Source: Podarcis bocagei (lineage: Eukaryota). From it: a DNA stretch of 64,000 nucleotides. A program made the position numbers and the translations under genes. The stretch lies in assembly GCA_964188305.1 (NCBI GenBank), contig OZ076900.1. One strand, given 5' to 3'. Below are positions 36,251-49,985 of this stretch, one piece after another. The first letter of the stretch is position 1. Every line of letters begins with the position of its first letter. The notes under the pieces are model-generated. The model was not told the origin of the DNA, did not search any database, and was given only the letters and a program-made list of their open reading frames with translations.

Positions 36251-38159
36251 GTTTTAAATTTTGAGAATTATGACAGCACCCAGATTTTGTTGCTTCAGGG
36301 ATTAACTCTGAAAGAAATCGGATCTGATCAGCTTCCTCAAATTCCTAGAGAAACTTCCAAAAGAAATGGGATTACAGTTGTTGCTGTTGTTGTTGTTGTT
36401 AGTTTTGGGATAAAACTGGCATTAATTCGTGTATTGTTGCCGCCGTCATCACCACATTTGAAGCCCGCCCTCGCTCCGAAGAGTTGCGTGTGGTATCCAA
36501 CTTTATCCTCACAATCAACCTGCGAAGTAGGCTTGACTCAAGTCCTACCACAGAGGCCTGACTGAGGATTCGAACCTACAGCTCTCTCCAGCCCGCTAAA
36601 GACCACCCCAAAGTAGGCGTTCCTGAGGCTTTCCATCCCAAAACAAAACAAAAACAAAGGACCGCTTATCTATCCAAGGAAAAAGAACAAACGACTCCCT
36701 TCGCCCCCTTTCTCTCTCCAGATATTTTATATATATTGAGAGGTGCAGACTTTCCCATTACCCCCACCCCCTCCCTCTCTCAAGGCACATAAAGGAAAAG
36801 AAAACTGCCTCAACTTTCTGGGTTGCCCCCGAAAAGAAGGCTTTCGGTAGAGCTAGGTCACAACTGGAGGGCAGCCCATTTCTCTGATTGATTCACAATA
36901 CATTTTGTATATATTGGGGTAGGCAGGGAGCCTGATGTATGAACGGGCAACTGAACCCAATAAGGACATTTGTCAAATAAAAGTAGCAAGGGAGGTCAAA
37001 CTTCTGCCTTCTCCCCTCAGCTCTGATACCCCACCCCCCATTATCCCTTTCTTTCTGCGTTAAACAACAGCGAATTTAAAGTGGTTTCACACTGAGCCAT
37101 TGGAAGGGGGTACTAGATATTGCCAGAAATCATTAGCGCTCCCCTCTCCTTCCTCCCCTTGAACACAGATTTACTTTTTCCCCAGATCGCACGGGAGTCA
37201 CTTCTGTTCCATCCGGATTGAAACCGATCCCCCCCCCCCATGGTGCAAGACGTATCCCTTTCGATAAAAAGGGCATTTCGGATTGATGGAAAGCAAAAAT
37301 AAAGGGTGAAAGCTGGTAACTCTGAAAGAAATGGCTACGGCCTGCAGTTCCTCCCCCCTTTCTCTCGCCCACCCCCTTTATCTCTGTTCTTAAAGAGATT
37401 ATGTTTATCTATAGGGTGGGGGGAAGCTGGCTCCGGTTTATATAAATTGGCCGCATTAGCTTTTTTACAGGGGTTTATGGTAAATTTCATTGTGGCAGGG
37501 TTTAGGAGCGACAAAGCTCAGCCTCCACGCGCGTTGATTTCTCTCTGTAGGAAGACAATAATCCACTTAATTGAGCCACCAGGGATATGGGAAACCCTTC
37601 AACCAGAAACCGAGTCCAGATAGGCATGAATATCTCTTAAACATGAGATGCTCTTTCATTGATGGATGGAAGGCGCAAACAAGTCTGTTTCTTCTCCGCA
37701 CCCCTCCTCTCTTTATAAGAAATAAAGGGGGTGTCCTGGAATCAGTGGCACTGACCTCTACATAATGTTTACCTTGCGGGGGGGGGGACGGGCGGGCGGC
37801 AAATAAATGAATTTGATATTTGAAAAGCTAAATAAGAAATCATTCCCTCTCTCTCTCAAAATAGACCCCTCTTTAGGCTTTGATGTTCAGCTTAGACTAG
37901 GGGGCTAGGACAGAGAGAAAGTTGGCGCTGTGTACCTGAGGGGAAGGTGGGGGCGTTAAGGGTAGGGCCGTCGCTCAGCGGTTAAGCACCCGCCTCGCTC
38001 AATTCCTGGCATCTCTCCATGGAGGGCTGCGAATTATCTCGTGTCTGAAACCCTGGAGAGGCGCTGCCAGTCAGTGCAAAGAACTGTGAGCTTAGGAGGA
38101 AGAACCTATGTTTTTAAGGATGATGATGTTGGCAGAGAACCTGATTCTGGAGTTGTGAT

Positions 38160-38261
38160 GAGGTGGGAAGAAGGGAGAAGAAGGGAGAGATTGAGAAAGT
38201 GGAGAGAGGGGTTTGAAGTTCAGGGAAGTTCCTCTGAGGAAGAGGGAGAGAAAAAGGAGGG

Positions 38262-38301
<40 letters not shown>

Positions 38302-38430
38302 AAGGGGGAAAGAAGGGGAAAAAGAAAGGGAAAATGAAGACAGAGCTAAAGGAAGGAGGTAAAAGAAGGAGAGAAAAGTGGAGGAAAGGGGGGAAGAGAA
38401 AAGGAAGAAAAGGAGAAATAAAATAAACGT
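38160..38430. repeat. Purine-rich low-complexity tract with (GA)n in intron 1
   Basis: Direct reading; similar tracts at 47345-47495 (purine) and 53030-53330 (pyrimidine). Confidence 0.85.
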
Positions 38431-40925
38431 GAAGAAGGAGACACCTCTTGATGTTAGAGTTCCACGCTTCTAAATATATCCTTGATGTATCCACTGTAGC
38501 AACTCGGCCTTTAAAAACAGCAAGTAAAGAGCAACAACAACAAAAAAAGTTGAATGGTAATGTAAAATGCTTTTTTTGGGGGGTATATGTTTGTGGCTGA
38601 AATCCAACACAATTTACGGTTGGGGCGGGAATGAAGAAGGTTTAAAAAAGAATTTCCGTTTCTCTTTCTTAGCAACTGAAATTGGTTTTAATTGGTTAAT
38701 GGGGGTGGGATGGGGGGAGGTTGGAAACAGAAAAGACCTGGACTTAAGGGCAGGAATTCCCCAGTGGGGGACCCTGCCTGGGTCCAGAATACCACCTGCC
38801 TTTTTCTACCGGCCCAGCTGTTAATCCTGGATGCGCCCACAAAATTGGAAAAGGAGGAGGAGCGCGTGGCCAAGATCCGGGCCTTTTGTATAAACAGGCC
38901 GAGGATGGAATTTTACTTTTTATATTTTTTATAAAATTGTTATTGGTTTTATTTTATTTAAATTAAACCTGCATTTACTGAGCATGTTTACGAGCATGCT
39001 TTTCCATTCTGTCAGTTTCTCCTTCCAAAGGAAACATAAAACCCACCAGGAACTGCAGAGGTATTGCTCGTTGCAGATCCTATTCTGGCCTGGAGGAAAA
39101 AAGAGCTTCCGTTTGGAAGTCTCATCCTGGGCCGCGTTGTTTACTCTGCATCAAGCCTCCTAGATTTCAGTGAGATATGCTCCAGAATAAAGCCGCGCCT
39201 TTTCCCGTTCCACGCAACGATGTTTGTTTCGGTTCCTATCCGGCATTTCTGTATATATATCTACATCTCGGAACAGGCTTTCTTCCTGCTTTCAGTGACT
39301 TCTGTCTAAGGCGACAAGCCAAACCGCAATGCTTGAGAGTAAGCCGCCCCCCCCCTCGCCCGCGCAACTCAATAGGATCTTACTTCTGAGTTGGCGTAGT
39401 TAGGTTTGTGCTGTCATTAAACTCCACCTCAGTCTAATCTTACGGCTGTTTTACTGGTAAATTATTCTCCACCGCCCTGGATTTCAGTTGGACTTACACG
39501 CGAGTAACCACGCGGAACTAAAGTCTTACGGAGTGGAAATTGAACTCATTGACGTCATTGGGGGGTTGCTTCCAAGTAAACCTGAAGAGGAATGAGGCAT
39601 TAAATCTCTTGAGGATGTTACTTCTCATGGCGAGGGGGGGGGCAAATGGCGGGAGGAAATGACCCGGACCGGGTGGCTTTTGCGGTTTGAAAAACGTATT
39701 TGTCAAAGAAAGTAAAAACAATTCTTATCAGAAGGAAAGTCACTCTCTGGCGAGCCCCCCCGCCAATTGTTAAACTGAAGACCTGCTTTTGCTTTCGACA
39801 AACACCAATGTATTTAATTTCGAGCTATTTCCCATAGCAGATTATTTTTCAAAAGTTGTCATTTGCTTAACGGGACTGGCGCCTTTCAAAGCCTCCTCGG
39901 CCCAGTGAACGAGGAGCTTGAAGGTCGCCGTTGCGTTATTACGAGTTCTCTCGTCGAAAAGTTTTCTAGGGGAGGTGGGGCAGACTCAAGGGGAACCACC
40001 GATCATTCAAGGGATGATTACGAATGATAGGAAATCAGATAGAGGCGAAGAGGCGAAGCTTCTGTACTGAAGTTTGGCCTTCTTTCTTATCTGCCTGACA
40101 ACTTGTATTGATCTGTGTGTCAAAAATCATTCGTGTCGCAACTTAACGAATTTGATAATATTGGTACCCCGTCCATCTCATTTCAGTAAATCCAGTTTAT
40201 ATGGGGTGGGGTCGGAATGCCTTTTCTCCAGAGTAGAATCAACTTTAAATCAGAATGCAGACCAGAATATCCTGGTGACTATAGAAACACTCGGGCTGCA
40301 ACCCTTATACCCACTTTCCTGAGAGTATATCTAATTGAACTCAATAGGTTTTGCTTCTGAGACATGGAGGAAGATCGCTGGCGCAAAATAGATGGAAATA
40401 ACAATCGAAACAGGCAAGTGGTTGGGTTATGCGGAGTTAAAGGCGCAAATAAAGAAGTTTCGCATTTATCTCCGCCAGGTTCTCATATTAGCTTCCTTCC
40501 CTCCAAATATAATATTTTTAGCAGAATTCGGAACTTTACAGATTGAACTAACGACACAAACAAACAAACAAACAAACAAACAAACAAACAAACAGAAAAA
40601 GAGGAAATATCCCAAATCAGGCCAACCGAATGTTATCCTGTCCTTCACCCTCGAACCTTCCGAGAGAGAAAAGGGAGGGGGGTAAGAAGAACTTGCATGT
40701 CCACATGCACCTCTGAATACCAGATCCCGAGGACTAGCAACGTGCGGGTTTGCTGTCCGGAAGCCGCTGGTGAGCTTGATCGACCAGCTTTGGTTCTTAG
40801 GAGATACCCCAACGGGAAGGGAAAACTCTATTTGTATGTGTGCGCGAGTGTTACTCGTTCAGAAATAGAGGGCTCATTCAGAAATCAGCAGGCGCTGGTA
40901 CAGAGTTAGGAGAAACTCTCCTTAC

Positions 40926-41388
40926 CTTTGTATTCTGTGTCCGAAGAGGAGTTGCTGCTGTTGTTCTTGTCCATCTTCTCCCGGAAGTCCTCTCCGGATT
41001 TGGGGGGAATCCGAACCGGTGCCTCCTGCACGCTCTGTCCATTGCTGCTGGAATAAGGGGCGCAGGCTGCCAAAGGCTTGCAATCGGCCAAGATGTCCCT
41101 GATTAAGAAGGAGGAGGTCACTGTTCTGGATTGTGAAGGGGCCAAGATTTGCCCCGCTTGGAGGTGAGACTCCAGCCCCACTGCCACACCTTGTCTCTGG
41201 GCTACTGCTTCCAAGCACTCCCTCCCGGGAGAGTGGGGCGACGGGCAGCCGCTGCTGATTTCGGAGCGGGGACTAAGTTCCAAGGGGGAGCGTCCTTCCC
41301 CCATGAGCGGTTCCCCTTTGGGCACGGCGGGGCTCCCGGCTCGGTGGGACAGGATGGAATCGATCCCAAATCCGTTGGCACCTTCCAT
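40926..41388 (-). CDS. BARHL1: BarH-like 1 homeobox protein, coding exon 1 (154 codons + 1 nt)
   Basis: ORF 40906..41388 reads MEGANGFGIDSILSHRAGSP...SRTVTSSFLIRDILADCKPLAACAPYSS...SSSDTEYK, matching the recalled vertebrate BARHL1 N-terminus with two FIL/Eh1 motifs (FGIDSIL, FLIRDIL). Donor AAAG|GTAAG at 40926/40925, phase 1. Confidence 0.97.
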
Positions 41389-42470
41389 GCCTTTCAGGGT
41401 GACATTGACCAGCCGGTGTCCGGATTAGGCTCGAGAAGAAGAAGAGCGACCTTGGAACTGCGGGACTTCGGATCCAAAGTTAGTGCAGCAACAATCGCCG
41501 GTCCGTATTACGATCCGAGGCGCTGTCCCTCTTGAAAATCTGCAGTCAAGCTAGCTGCAGAGATGAGGGGAAGGAGACAAGGGAGAGAAAGAGGGGAAGG
41601 GAAGACAGGAGCCAGAGTAGGGGTGGCGAGAGTGAAACTTTGCTCGTAGGGAGAAAGATCCCTAATCTGAACTATTCGCAATCGCCACCGCTAACCATAG
41701 ATCCATCAGCCCTAAATTATAGGAAATGACTTCACCAAACAATGAACTTTCAAAGAGTCCATAACAAGATTTTCTTTTTTTAAAGAGCAGTGAATGAGGC
41801 AAGCGAGAGGCACGGATTACAGAACGAAGAGCGAGCTCTCCTTTTCGTACCAGCGCCTAAGGAAAGGGAGGTTTCAGGACCGCGGACAGCGCAGGCGATC
41901 TCTGTTCGAGGTCCGTCTCTGCTCAAGAAGGCGAACGCGTTAAAAAGCGGCAGGTTGGAAGGACGTTTCAGCACCTTTGAAAGCGCCTAGACTGGAGGGT
42001 CGGGGCCGCGGCCGCGCCACCGCCTCCCATGGTCGCCTTCCGAAGCCGCCTTGCCTGCAAAAGTCCCTGATGTTGGAGGCGAAGTAGGAACGCCGCGTTG
42101 CTTTCAGGACCAAGGACAGCTCAGCTCCGCCCCGCGGAAAGTGCTTCCCTTTTTAATCAGCGCTCACACCTCTCAACTTGCTGGGTTTAGTTTGGAATTC
42201 TTCTTCTCCTTCTTCCTCCTCCTCTACTTTTTTTTTTAAACCAAGAACCCAAGTTCACGTGCCTCACTGCCTCTCTCCTGATTGGCTGGCCAGCTTTTAG
42301 GGTGATGTCACACACATGCCACACACCAAGGAAACTTGATCGCTCCTCGGTTTGATTAAAAGAGACACTGAATTAATTACAGCCCAGATCCAACTGTTAA
42401 CCGGCAATTTCCACCCTGTTTCCTATCATTACGCCACTGATGAAGTTCTAAATAGGGTTATTAGCAATGC
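41389..42470 (-). promoter_or_regulatory. BARHL1 5'UTR and CpG-island promoter
   Basis: CpG-rich region upstream of the ATG. Minus-strand CCAAT box (42285-42281), E-box CACGTG (42256-42261), CRE-like TGATGTCA (42303-42310), TATA-like ATTAAAAA (42157-42150), GC box (42127-42132) and TAATTA sites. The TSS was not determined. Confidence 0.7.
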
Positions 42471-42605
42471 GGTGTGTGTGCGTGCGGGGGAGATCTAGTG
42501 TGTGTGTGTGTGTGTGTGTGAAGTTGGGTGCATTTTAAAAACTGCTTATTTTAGGTTCACAATTAGCTGAATCATTGTCTCCCTTTATGCGTGCTGATGA
42601 AAGTT

Positions 42606-42609
<4 letters not shown>

Positions 42610-42655
<46 letters not shown>
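42610..42655. repeat. (TA)n microsatellite upstream of BARHL1 (another at about 49070-49115)
   Basis: Direct reading. Confidence 0.95.
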
Positions 42656-42657
<2 letters not shown>

Positions 42658-44869
42658 CCGTGTGCGCGTTTTCACAGAAAAAGGATAATTATATAAGGAC
42701 TCAGCAAAAGCCAGGCAAGCGATTTTTTTATTTTTTTAAAAAACAAACTTAAGCTCTTTGAAATTGTTCTAACAATCCCCCCCCCCGCCAAAAAAAAATA
42801 AAAATCTATTTGGCGCCTTTACCTTTTCCTCAGCAAAACATTTTCTATAATCGGCGACACTCTATCTGGCCTAAATTGGAAAGATTAAGAAGAATCCTAT
42901 TGATTATTGTATTCTTAAAAGAGCGAGCGAGCGTTGAATTTCGCAGCTCTATGTATTGTTACTCGAAAGAAAATCCCCGGGAATGGGGTTGGCCCCAACT
43001 AAGTCGCCTTGGATTCCAGCCTTAGCTGGTGTTTTGTAAACGGATGGTATATGCTTCGTGGTTTGTGTAAGAATTAAAGCTACGCGTATAACTACCTGGG
43101 AGTAAATCCCACTGGACTCAGTGAGTCTTGTTTCCAAGTAAATGCATACGATTTGGCTGTGTTTATTGGCAGTGGCTGGTTCATACGGTGGTAATAATAC
43201 TTGAGGAAAAATCCATGATTTTGATCCTAAATTTGAACTTATGAACGAAGCATTCTCCGACAAGTAAATGTATTTATTTAGTTATTTATTTTTGTATCCA
43301 CACATTTCATTTGCACAGATGTTCTGTTGAACCCAGAGTGGCATCAATCACACACCAATAACAAACACATGGTCGGTTTGGAAAAGATAAAAAGTCCCAA
43401 GAATGTCAAGGGAACTTGTTTTTTTAAAAAAAAAATCGGGAAAATTTCCAACCTAGTTTGTTGAAGTTATTGATACTCTGGTGGTGAATTCTCAGTTCAG
43501 GATTCTTAACGAGATGCCCGTTCATTTGAAACCAAGAAGGCTTTACTAAGGGACTAGGAAAGATCCAGTTGCGTCGACAGAAAATAAAAAAGATCTGTGG
43601 GGTCTTTTACTGTAATTTTTACACGTCTTCAACTGAATTTAAGATTGGAGGAGGACCACTTCCATTCAGATCATCGCTTTCTTCCACGTTTTGAGATACC
43701 GGTTATACACCACCAACCTTAACTACCGCCACCCCTTTTTTTTACAGCCTTGGAACCGACTACGTTCCGGGGCGCTTTCCTCTCAACTCCACTTCAGAAG
43801 GCGCACCAGAGACGCCGCCACGTCGCTCAACCTCTCTGGAAGACAGCTCGAAGTCAACGATTTTACGGCTACTTTAAAGTCCAAAAGAGACTTTGCATGA
43901 TTTAGTGTGATCTCCCCACCCCCGTGTCCGCCCCCGAATAATATCCTCTCAGGAAAGAGACATCAGATCGGCCTTCTCTGGTCTGATAAAAGACCTACTG
44001 GATTCTCCCAGGAAAGTTCACACGCATAGAGATTCCAACGCATTTTTAAAGGGGATGGAAAAGAGCAGTAAGGGCATGAGAGGAAAAGGGCATGTTTTTG
44101 GGAGGACCTGGATTGTTAAAACGAACAAATAAACAAACTAACTAACTAACTAACAAACAATAATAATAATACACGGTAGAGCTTTTATGTCTCTAGGGTT
44201 GTAAAACACACATCGAAATGAACACCAACCCCCTGAAATTGACCAGATCCCAGAAGGAATGAATCCTAAAGCAGTCTCCCTCTCTATATAAAAAAGGGTG
44301 ATTTGTGTTGCTGTTTCCTGCCCACAGGCCAATCCGAGCAATGTTTTTCCCAAGGAGTAAGTCTCGCTAAATTCAATGGGATCATGGCGGCGTTAAAGCC
44401 TCCTGAGTTGACGTGCAGAATATCATTGAACCCTAAACCTTCCTGGTTCTTAATAGTGTTTACAAGGAAGTAAGCTCCATTGATCTCAAGGGCCATGCTC
44501 CCCACTAGAACTTAGGGAGTTTTTTTTTTTTTAAGTCAGCAATCCTAACCCCACTTACCTGAGAGTAAGACCCATTGCATTCAGTCAGACTTACTTTTGA
44601 GTATACGTGGTTAGGATTGCGCTGCAAGGCCTCGCTGAGACGTACTAACAAGTGCTTAGAACTACAGCCCTGGACCCGATCCTGTGCTATGATATTTCTA
44701 TTTGGCATTCACCCCCAGGCTGCTATTTTATTTCGGTCCCCACCCCCCACCCCCCACCGCCCACCGCCCAATTCTCAATTTATCTTTTTTTAAAAAAAAA
44801 CATTTCCTTTCTTCCTCTCCTCTCAATTTATCTTCCCCTTCTTTCTCCCTCTTTTCCTCTGGACTCTCC

Positions 44870-45390
44870 ACCTCTCCGAGACGGTCCCTTTCGACTCAGC
44901 AGCTTGCGAGCGGCCGCTGGAGCGGCCGGGGAGGCGCTCTCTCGGCGGGAGTTGAACTCTTTCCCTAGAGGGGGGGGGGCCTAGGACGGTTGCAAGCTGT
45001 CGGAGGGCGCGGGGAGGAGGAGGAGGGGAGGAGGGGGGGAGCCCGGCACCAACTGACGGGCTGTTGGAAGTTTCTGCTCAGACTTTTTTGTTCCTGCAGA
45101 CAGCCCCTCCATCCATAACCCCTTAACACAATAGGAAAAAGCGCGCGGGTGTGTGTTGATCCTTCCTTGTCTTGTGGAGGGGTGTGTGTGTGTGTGTGTT
45201 TGTGTGTGTGTTCCTACATTCTGGATCTGCCCTCCCAGCTGAATCACGACCTCCGCTTTTCAGCTCCCCCTTGATCCACAACGCAGTAAAATCCACAAAG
45301 CCACGCCTTTGAAACTGACAAGGTTTTAATAAATTTCAAAGCTGTAACCTAAGCTTTTCTTGATGGCTGCATTTAATCGTCGTCGTCCCC
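44870..45390. promoter_or_regulatory. Upstream CpG-rich element, candidate BARHL1 enhancer or alternative promoter
   Basis: CpG-rich non-repeat block followed by paired TCF/LEF-type sites CCTTTGAA (45306-45313) and TTCAAAG (45335-45341). Confidence 0.5.
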
Positions 45391-45401
45391 ACCCCACCCC
45401 G

Positions 45402-45405
<4 letters not shown>

Positions 45406-45463
<58 letters not shown>
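45406..45463. repeat. (CA)n microsatellite (others: (TG)n 14728-14763, (CA)n 49940-49981, (GT)n(GA)n 51698-51782)
   Basis: Direct reading. Confidence 0.95.
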
Positions 45464-45466
<3 letters not shown>

Positions 45467-47974
45467 GTATCCTTGCTGGTTGAAAGTGGATCACATGAGT
45501 CGCTTGGGAGGGCAGGATGAGACTATGAGACTCAGCCCGAGGAACAGGATCTGAGCAGAAACCACCGTAGCTCAGGGGCAGAGCACCTGCCTTGGAGACG
45601 GAAGGTCCCAGGTTCTAATCCTTAGAGCCGTCTCTAGGTAGGGCTGGGAGGGATCCTGCTCGGAATACTGAGCTAGATGGACCAATTGTGGCACTCGGAC
45701 AGCTTCTTCCTGTGTTCCTATTAATAATCCTGCACTTCTGATGCTTGGCTCCGCTGTTGTCCCATAAATGAGACCCGCTTCTTAGGGACTTTCCTCCTCA
45801 AGGAAAGCAAGTTAAGTTGTGGCCTGGACTGTCAGTTTCGTGAGGAAATAAAAGTGTACGGTAATCCATTTCAATTTTTGTTCTCCCCAAAGAAAAAAGG
45901 GAACGTGAACAAGAGGTTTCCCAGCCAGCTCGGGACGCAACCGTCTTCAAGGCACTTGCGCTAATAATAATAATAGTAATAATAATAATAGATTTGCTTT
46001 TATAAAGAGGGTGCGTGTGCCAAAATTCCCTTCAATTCCCTTATACGCACCAAATAAAAGCAAATATTTTCCGTTGATTTAGCATATTTCAGTCCTTTGG
46101 ACTTATACGTGAAGTGTTTTGTTTTTTTATAAAGTAAATAATTTTTGATTTTTTGGAAATCCTCTTCCACCCCAAATGTCATTAGGCAGCACAACGCGGT
46201 CTCCCCAAGTGGCAGTTCAGGTTAAGGAACTTTTCCGACTGCAGGAGTTTGCAATTCTAGGAGCTTCTAATTAGAAGTAAGTCCCATTGTATTCAATGGG
46301 GCTTACTTCCAGAGTACGTGGGTATATTTAGGACTGCAACCTCAGAGTCTAACTGAACTGCAAAACTCTTCCGGTTAGTGACCGTTCCTGCACCTCACGC
46401 TTCCCCCCTGCCTAATCTTATATACCGCTTAGTACTTAAACAAGTCTCTAAATGGCTTTAAACAGGGTAATAAGTTGTTAGCGTTTCATAAACTACCTCT
46501 TTTTACTTACTGCACATAATATTCCTCTTAGTGGGTCTTACTTCTGAGTAATAAGCATCCGGTATATATGGTATTATAGTACTAATATATAGACTGGGTT
46601 ATTAGCAGAATGGGATTCTATTGTGGGGGGAGGGTAGAGAGTTATCTTTTTGTGAAGCCTTATAGACTGGCTATTAAATAGGTGTATATTACAAGTTTAT
46701 CATTATCAATATTTTCATCATTATTACGTTTATTACTTGCCCTTTAGCAGGTTCCAAGAGTGGTTACAACAATTTAAAATCGAAAAATTAAAAACAATTA
46801 AAACAGATTACAATCACAGGTATAGGGTGTGAGCCCTGCAAACACAAATCTCAAATGTATAGTAAATGAAAATATATCACGACATTTGGTCCAGTGCCAA
46901 GACTTCTCCGATGAGTGGAGGAGTCATGCTAGTGATTATAGATTTGTTCCAGTCCGGGCATGAATGAGAAGGCGCCCCCTCCTTTTTCTAGGCTAGACAG
47001 GAGGCCAGCTAGGCTAAAGCTCTGCACTCCTGGTGGAAATATTTTTCTTTTTAACTGGGAACGACCAAGTCAAGGACTTCTCGAAAAGAAGTTCTACTTG
47101 CCTGGGGTGGACAGCGTCAGGATCCCAACAGACCGAGAGCTGCTTCGGGTGTTGTTATTCCAAAGGAAGATGCTTGCTTCTTAAAGTGGAGAGGGCCATA
47201 GCTCAGTAGTAGAGCACCTGCTTTCTATGCAGAAGGTCCCAGCTTGTCCCCTGGTCTGACCGTTGCCAGTCAGTGTAGACAGTACCGAGTTAGATAGAGG
47301 AATGGTCTGACACGACAGAAGGCAACTTCCTTACCTTCTTGTATGAAGAGGAGAAACAACAAAAGAAGCAGAAGTTGAAAAGTAGGGGAGAGGAGAAGAA
47401 AGAAAACGGGGAAACAGAAGGGAGGGAGAAGGCGGGAGGAGGAAGAGTAAAGAAGTGAGGGAAGAAAGAAAAAGGAAGGAAGCAGGGAAGGAAAGCTGCT
47501 TGGGACTGAGCAAACTACTCATGGCGCTAGTTCTCAGTGTCCCACTCCAGTGTCTCTCTGGGTCTTAAAAACTTTTAGGCTGCAACCCGAGAGCCACTTC
47601 CCTGACACTTATTGGGACTGACTTCTGTATAGAATGGCATGGTCAGATTTTAAATCACTGTTAAAGATCTGATCTAAGAATGCTCATCATAACTCAAGTC
47701 ATTGTTTTTGTAGCCTCCAGTTCTCCCAGAGGTGGGAAAGTTCAGGGACAACTTTACACAGTCACTTTCCCTGCAAGGAGAGAGTTTTGAAGACCCCTGG
47801 GTTTTGGGAGGGATTGGACTGTATTCACAAATGCACACAAGGCACCATCCATAGCAAATTAGGAAGGCGCCTTATTACAAGTCAGACCACTGGTGCATCT
47901 AGTTCACTGTTATCTAAGAACAAAAGAAATGCCCTGCTGGATGTTTTCACAGTGGTCAAGCAGATGCCCTAACG

Positions 47975-48110
47975 CAGTGATGGCCAAACTTGGCCCTCCA
48001 GCTGTTTTGGGACTACAACTCCCATCATCCCTAGCTAACAGGACCAGTGGTCAGGGATGATAGGAACTGTAGTCCCAAAACAGCTGGAGGGTCAAGTTTG
48101 GCCATCACTG
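47975..48110. mobile_element. 136-bp near-palindromic hAT MITE
   Basis: CAGTGATGGCCAAACTTG...CAAGTTTGGCCATCACTG; TSD ccctaacg/ccctaatg; inserted in a CR1 tail. Confidence 0.85.
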
Positions 48111-48444
48111 CCCTAATGTAAAGCTTGGTAAGCAGGATCTGAGCACAAGAACACTGAAGCATTTACTGCCTCCAGCAGTAAATAAAGGCAGAGCATAGCC
48201 ATCAGGGTAGCTAGCAGCCACTGAAAGCCTTACCTTCCATGAATTTGTCCAATCCTATTTTTTAAAGCCATCTAAGTTGGTGGCCATCACTGCCTCTTGT
48301 GGGAATGAGTTGTTGTTGTTTTTTTTAAAAAAAAATTCTTTGTTTTCGGCAGTTCTTGCATCTATAGGCAGCACTGAGTATCATAACAGGAAAAGGCAGG
48401 GTATAAATAAATAAAGATATTATAATAATAACTAAAAGGGCCAT

Positions 48445-48758
48445 GGGACACGGGTGACGCTGTGGGTTAAACCATAGAGCCTAGGACTTGCTGATCAGAA
48501 AGTCGGCGGTTTGAATCCCCGTGACGGGATGAACTCCTGTTGCTCAGTCCCTGCTCCTGCCAACCTAGCAGTTCGAAAGCACATCAAAGCGTTTCCGTGC
48601 GCTGCTCTGGTTCGCCAGAAGCGACTTTGTCATGCTGGCCACATGACCTGGAAGCTGTACACCTGTTCCCTCGGCCAATAAAGCAAGATGAGCGCCACAA
48701 CCCCAGAGTCGGCCACGACTGGACCTAATGGTCAGGGGTCCCTTTACCTTTACCTTTA
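48445..48758 (+). mobile_element. Sauria-type SINE with an internal deletion
   Basis: gggacacgggtgacgctgtgggttaaacc...ggacctaatggtcaggggtccctttacctttaccttta; same family as 9838-10165. Confidence 0.9.
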
Positions 48759-49068
48759 TATTATCCACCATCAAAAACCCTGATTTAAATCTCTCCTCTC
48801 TATTTGTCTCTCTATCTGATTTCTGAAGCATTAAACAGCACTTCTGACAAGTTTGTTCTAGATCTTGGAAGGAAGCAATTAATGACCATAAAACATATAT
48901 TTATTATAGTGACTAACCTAACAGGGACTAACATTGCAATGACTGTTATAACAGACCAGCACAATATCCTAAAAACAAAACATTTTTGGTTTCCACCTTC
49001 AGCTGCTGTGATGTGAACCAAAGGGCATATTAGCCAAAGTGCCACCACATCTGAAGTGCTGCTTGATG

Positions 49069-49118
<50 letters not shown>

Positions 49119-49899
49119 CCTCCCTCTCACAATTTCTGCGTGTGAGAGAGTGAGGGCGGAAGTGTTGTTTTTCAAAGCTAAAGAATATGTTTTTATTATA
49201 ATGTAGCATTATCAGATTGTGTTATTTCCAGAGGGGTTGCAAAAAAAAAAAAAAGTGTGTGTGTGGGTGGGGTTGTACAGTATGTCTTGTGACTCCTGAA
49301 AGATTAACACATTTATTAAGGCATGTAAGCTTTCAGGGACTACAAATGTAGACTATGTTACGTTGTGTTTCAATAGGTTCAGAACAGACAAATTCATAAT
49401 CAGCTTATGGAATTCATTCCCACAAGACAGCAACTAGCTGATAGCTTTTTTTAAAAAAAATCACATATATTAATGGAGGATTGATTTATATATTTCTATT
49501 AGCCTGGGATCATTGACTGAGACTTCCATATTCAGTGGCAAGGTACCTCTGAGAAGCAGATTCTGGTCAAGTGGGGTGGATTTAACTTTTCCTGATATGG
49601 GAGTGACTTCAATCCTTTTCATCATCTTGGTTAAAGAAGCTTGTGTAGCACAGTGACCAAGGGACAGAGCAATGAGCTCTGAAATTGCTGTTTGCTCCAT
49701 CTCTGCACTTGCCTTACCTTTCTTACCTGCAGTATGGTCGTCACAGCAGCACCCCACCTTACAGGATAGTTAATTACTGATACTGTTTCTTTACCAGCAG
49801 CTGGGTCACTAACCAAGAAGTCTCAGGCCTTTTTTGGTTGGCTGGAATATTTATTTATTTATTTAGACATTAAAAAGCCATTTGAACCCTTAGCCAGGT

Positions 49900-49936
49900 A
49901 TAGAATCATAGAAATGTAGAGTTGGAAGGGTCATCT

Positions 49937-49985
<49 letters not shown>

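Noticed and set aside
40906-40925. Read-through of exon 1 into the intron (GKESFS*)
   Set aside because: A canonical GTAAG donor and in-phase exon 2 explain the ORF end; nothing supports a truncated isoform.
47975-48110. Long hairpin as a pre-miRNA
   Set aside because: It is a MITE with a TSD and related copies elsewhere; there is no small-RNA evidence.
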